In this document: one piece after another, positions 25,011 through 26,093 of the stretch
Layout: each line of letters opens with the position of its first letter
Position numbering within the stretch: position 1 is the stretch's first letter
NCBI GenBank assembly: GCA_048886185.1
Contig: JBHLKY010000037.1
Span: 1 to 26,093 of the forward strand
Source of the DNA: Candidatus Hermodarchaeota archaeon
Lineage (GTDB): Archaea; Asgardarchaeota; Heimdallarchaeia; Hodarchaeales; Hodarchaeaceae
Direction: 5' to 3'
DNA length: 26,093 bases
Position numbers and translations under genes: made by a program
The notes under the pieces: model-generated
What the model was told of the DNA's origin: nothing
What the model saw: the letters and a program-made list of their open reading frames with translations, nothing else
Database searches by the model: none

Positions 25011-25583
25011 CTAATTTAGAGTAAATAGACTTAGAATTTCATTGATTAAGGCAGTTATGTCTTTTTCCGACTGTTTTTTCCCCTCCATGTAGAAATATAT
25101 ACCTAGACCATCAAAAATTGACAACAAGATTTGAGCTTTCAGAAATGGATTAGGATATCCAAGTTCTATAAAAAGATCTGTACATTGCTGATAGTATGGA
25201 ATACATCCTTCGTTGAAAATACGAGTGGCATTTTCCTCTCCTACGCGACCTATGATTTGAATAAGGAGCTTAGGAAATCCTGGAGTCTTTGCTGCAAGAC
25301 GAAGCCCTCCCTCAATGAAAAATTTTAATTTTTCCATGGGTGGGCGTTGTGGATCAGGTGAAATCACATGAAGCTGCTGTTTGAGCAGTTCTTCAACAAC
25401 TTCTATTCCTAAGTGCTCCTTTGTCTTGAAGTGGTGAAATATTATTCCCTTTGAAACTCCTGCGTGTTCTGCAATAGCTTCAGTAGTTATCAAATCGAAG
25501 TCCTTTTCAAGAAAAAGCTTAGAAGCCGAGGATAGAATCTTTTTTCTGGTTTGTTCTTTCAGAACTTGACGCTTTATTGACAT
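25011..25583 (-). CDS. TetR/AcrR family transcriptional regulator
   Basis: TRKKILSSASKLFLEKDFDLITTEAIAEHAGVSKGIIFHHFKTKEHL is the TetR N-terminal HTH signature. Confidence 0.95.
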   Translation of the reverse strand: MSIKRQVLKEQTRKKILSSASKLFLEKDFDLITTEAIAEHAGVSKGIIFHHFKTKEHLGIEVVEELLKQQLHVISPDPQRPPMEKLKFFIEGGLRLAAKTPGFPKLLIQIIGRVGEENATRIFNEGCIPYYQQCTDLFIELGYPNPFLKAQILLSIFDGLGIYFYMEGKKQSEKDITALINEILSLFTLN

Positions 25584-25598
25584 CTGTTCATCGATCTT

Positions 25599-25616
25599 AT
25601 TGACCGACTAGTCAAT
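25599..25616. promoter_or_regulatory. Imperfect 18-bp palindrome, candidate TetR auto-operator
   Basis: ATTGACCGACTAGTCAAT is 15/18 identical to 24912-24929. It lies 16 nt upstream of the tetR ATG and abuts a minus-strand TTTTTTAA. Confidence 0.72.
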
Positions 25617-25860
25617 TAAAAAATGTAATCATATTCTATTAAAATAAGTGAAAAATCACTCATCCTAAATAGATGTCTCAAACAGTTAAGATTAGGTTGC
25701 ACCATAATTCAGGAAAGTAAATATACTATCTACTCTCTAAGTGAATCTTTGCTATCAAGCACCCTTTAGATCCCCAGACTGCTTATCTAAAGGACTTAAA
25801 AATTTAGTTGAGAAATCAATTCCTAAAACATCAATCTAATTCTATCTGTGGCGAAGGAAT

Positions 25861-26093
25861 ATGACGAGTACTCAAATACCAATAAAAATCTGTGTAATAA
25901 GCAATCCTAATACTATTGCCACTGATCTCCTACAAGATTACACGGGGGATGTAACAACTGAGGAGGTACTTATCGTAGGTAAACATAATTTTATTAAAGA
26001 ATTCGATGTTGATAATTTCCACATTAGTGTTTACTTAAGTCAGCTCTTTAGTCAGAAGCCTTTGAAAAAGATTAGAGAGAAACATTATCGAGG
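25861..26093 (+). CDS. 3'-truncated Rab-like protein with degenerate G1/G3 (not in the supplied ORF track)
   Basis: Hand translation from the ATG at 25861, open to the window end: MTSTQIPIKICVISNPNTIATDLLQDYTGDVTTEEVLIVGKHNFIKEFDVDNFHISVYLSQLFSQKPLKKIREKHYR. The pattern fits Rab beta1 through switch II. GAAGGAAT lies just upstream. Confidence 0.62.
   Translation, partial: MTSTQIPIKICVISNPNTIATDLLQDYTGDVTTEEVLIVGKHNFIKEFDVDNFHISVYLSQLFSQKPLKKIREKHYR

Noticed and set aside
23241-25328. ORFs 23241-23426(-), 24449-24679(-) and 25131-25328(+)
   Set aside because: Each overlaps a better-supported gene, antisense or out of frame.
1-26093. rRNA, tRNA, transposase, integrase or phage genes
   Set aside because: I saw no GC-rich structured RNA-like stretch and no transposase, recombinase or virion motifs in any ORF.

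Overview
This is an AT-rich, gene-dense prokaryotic window. I infer it comes from an Asgard archaeon (Heimdallarchaeia/Hodarchaeales-like), based on a eukaryote-type longin domain, two Rab-like proteins, a PGF-CTERM-like sorting tail and TATA-like promoters. It opens inside a giant surface protein that is open from base 1 (>2480 aa): two DUF2341+LamG modules, 12 cadherin/Ig-like ~95-aa repeats, one TM helix and a cytoplasmic longin (uDENN) domain. That tail resembles the eukaryotic GAP subunits SMCR8 and folliculin, including the 'ARG' arginine-finger loop, and is the best candidate for an undescribed system (a receptor-coupled small-GTPase GAP). The following genes encode a CPBP protease, an MDR oxidoreductase, a Cys-rich 4Fe-4S protein, an acyltransferase-3, a Rab-like protein lacking all G-motifs, a 7-blade FG-GAP propeller, a MacB/LolD-FtsX-type ABC pair, a CTERM surface protein, a PadR + HAAS membrane-protein pair, a TPR-like protein, two Cys-motif membrane proteins, a TetR with two matching palindromic operators, and a second degenerate Rab-like gene cut by the window end. 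I found no rRNA, tRNA, CRISPR array or mobile element. All family calls come from motif recognition by eye, not database searches.
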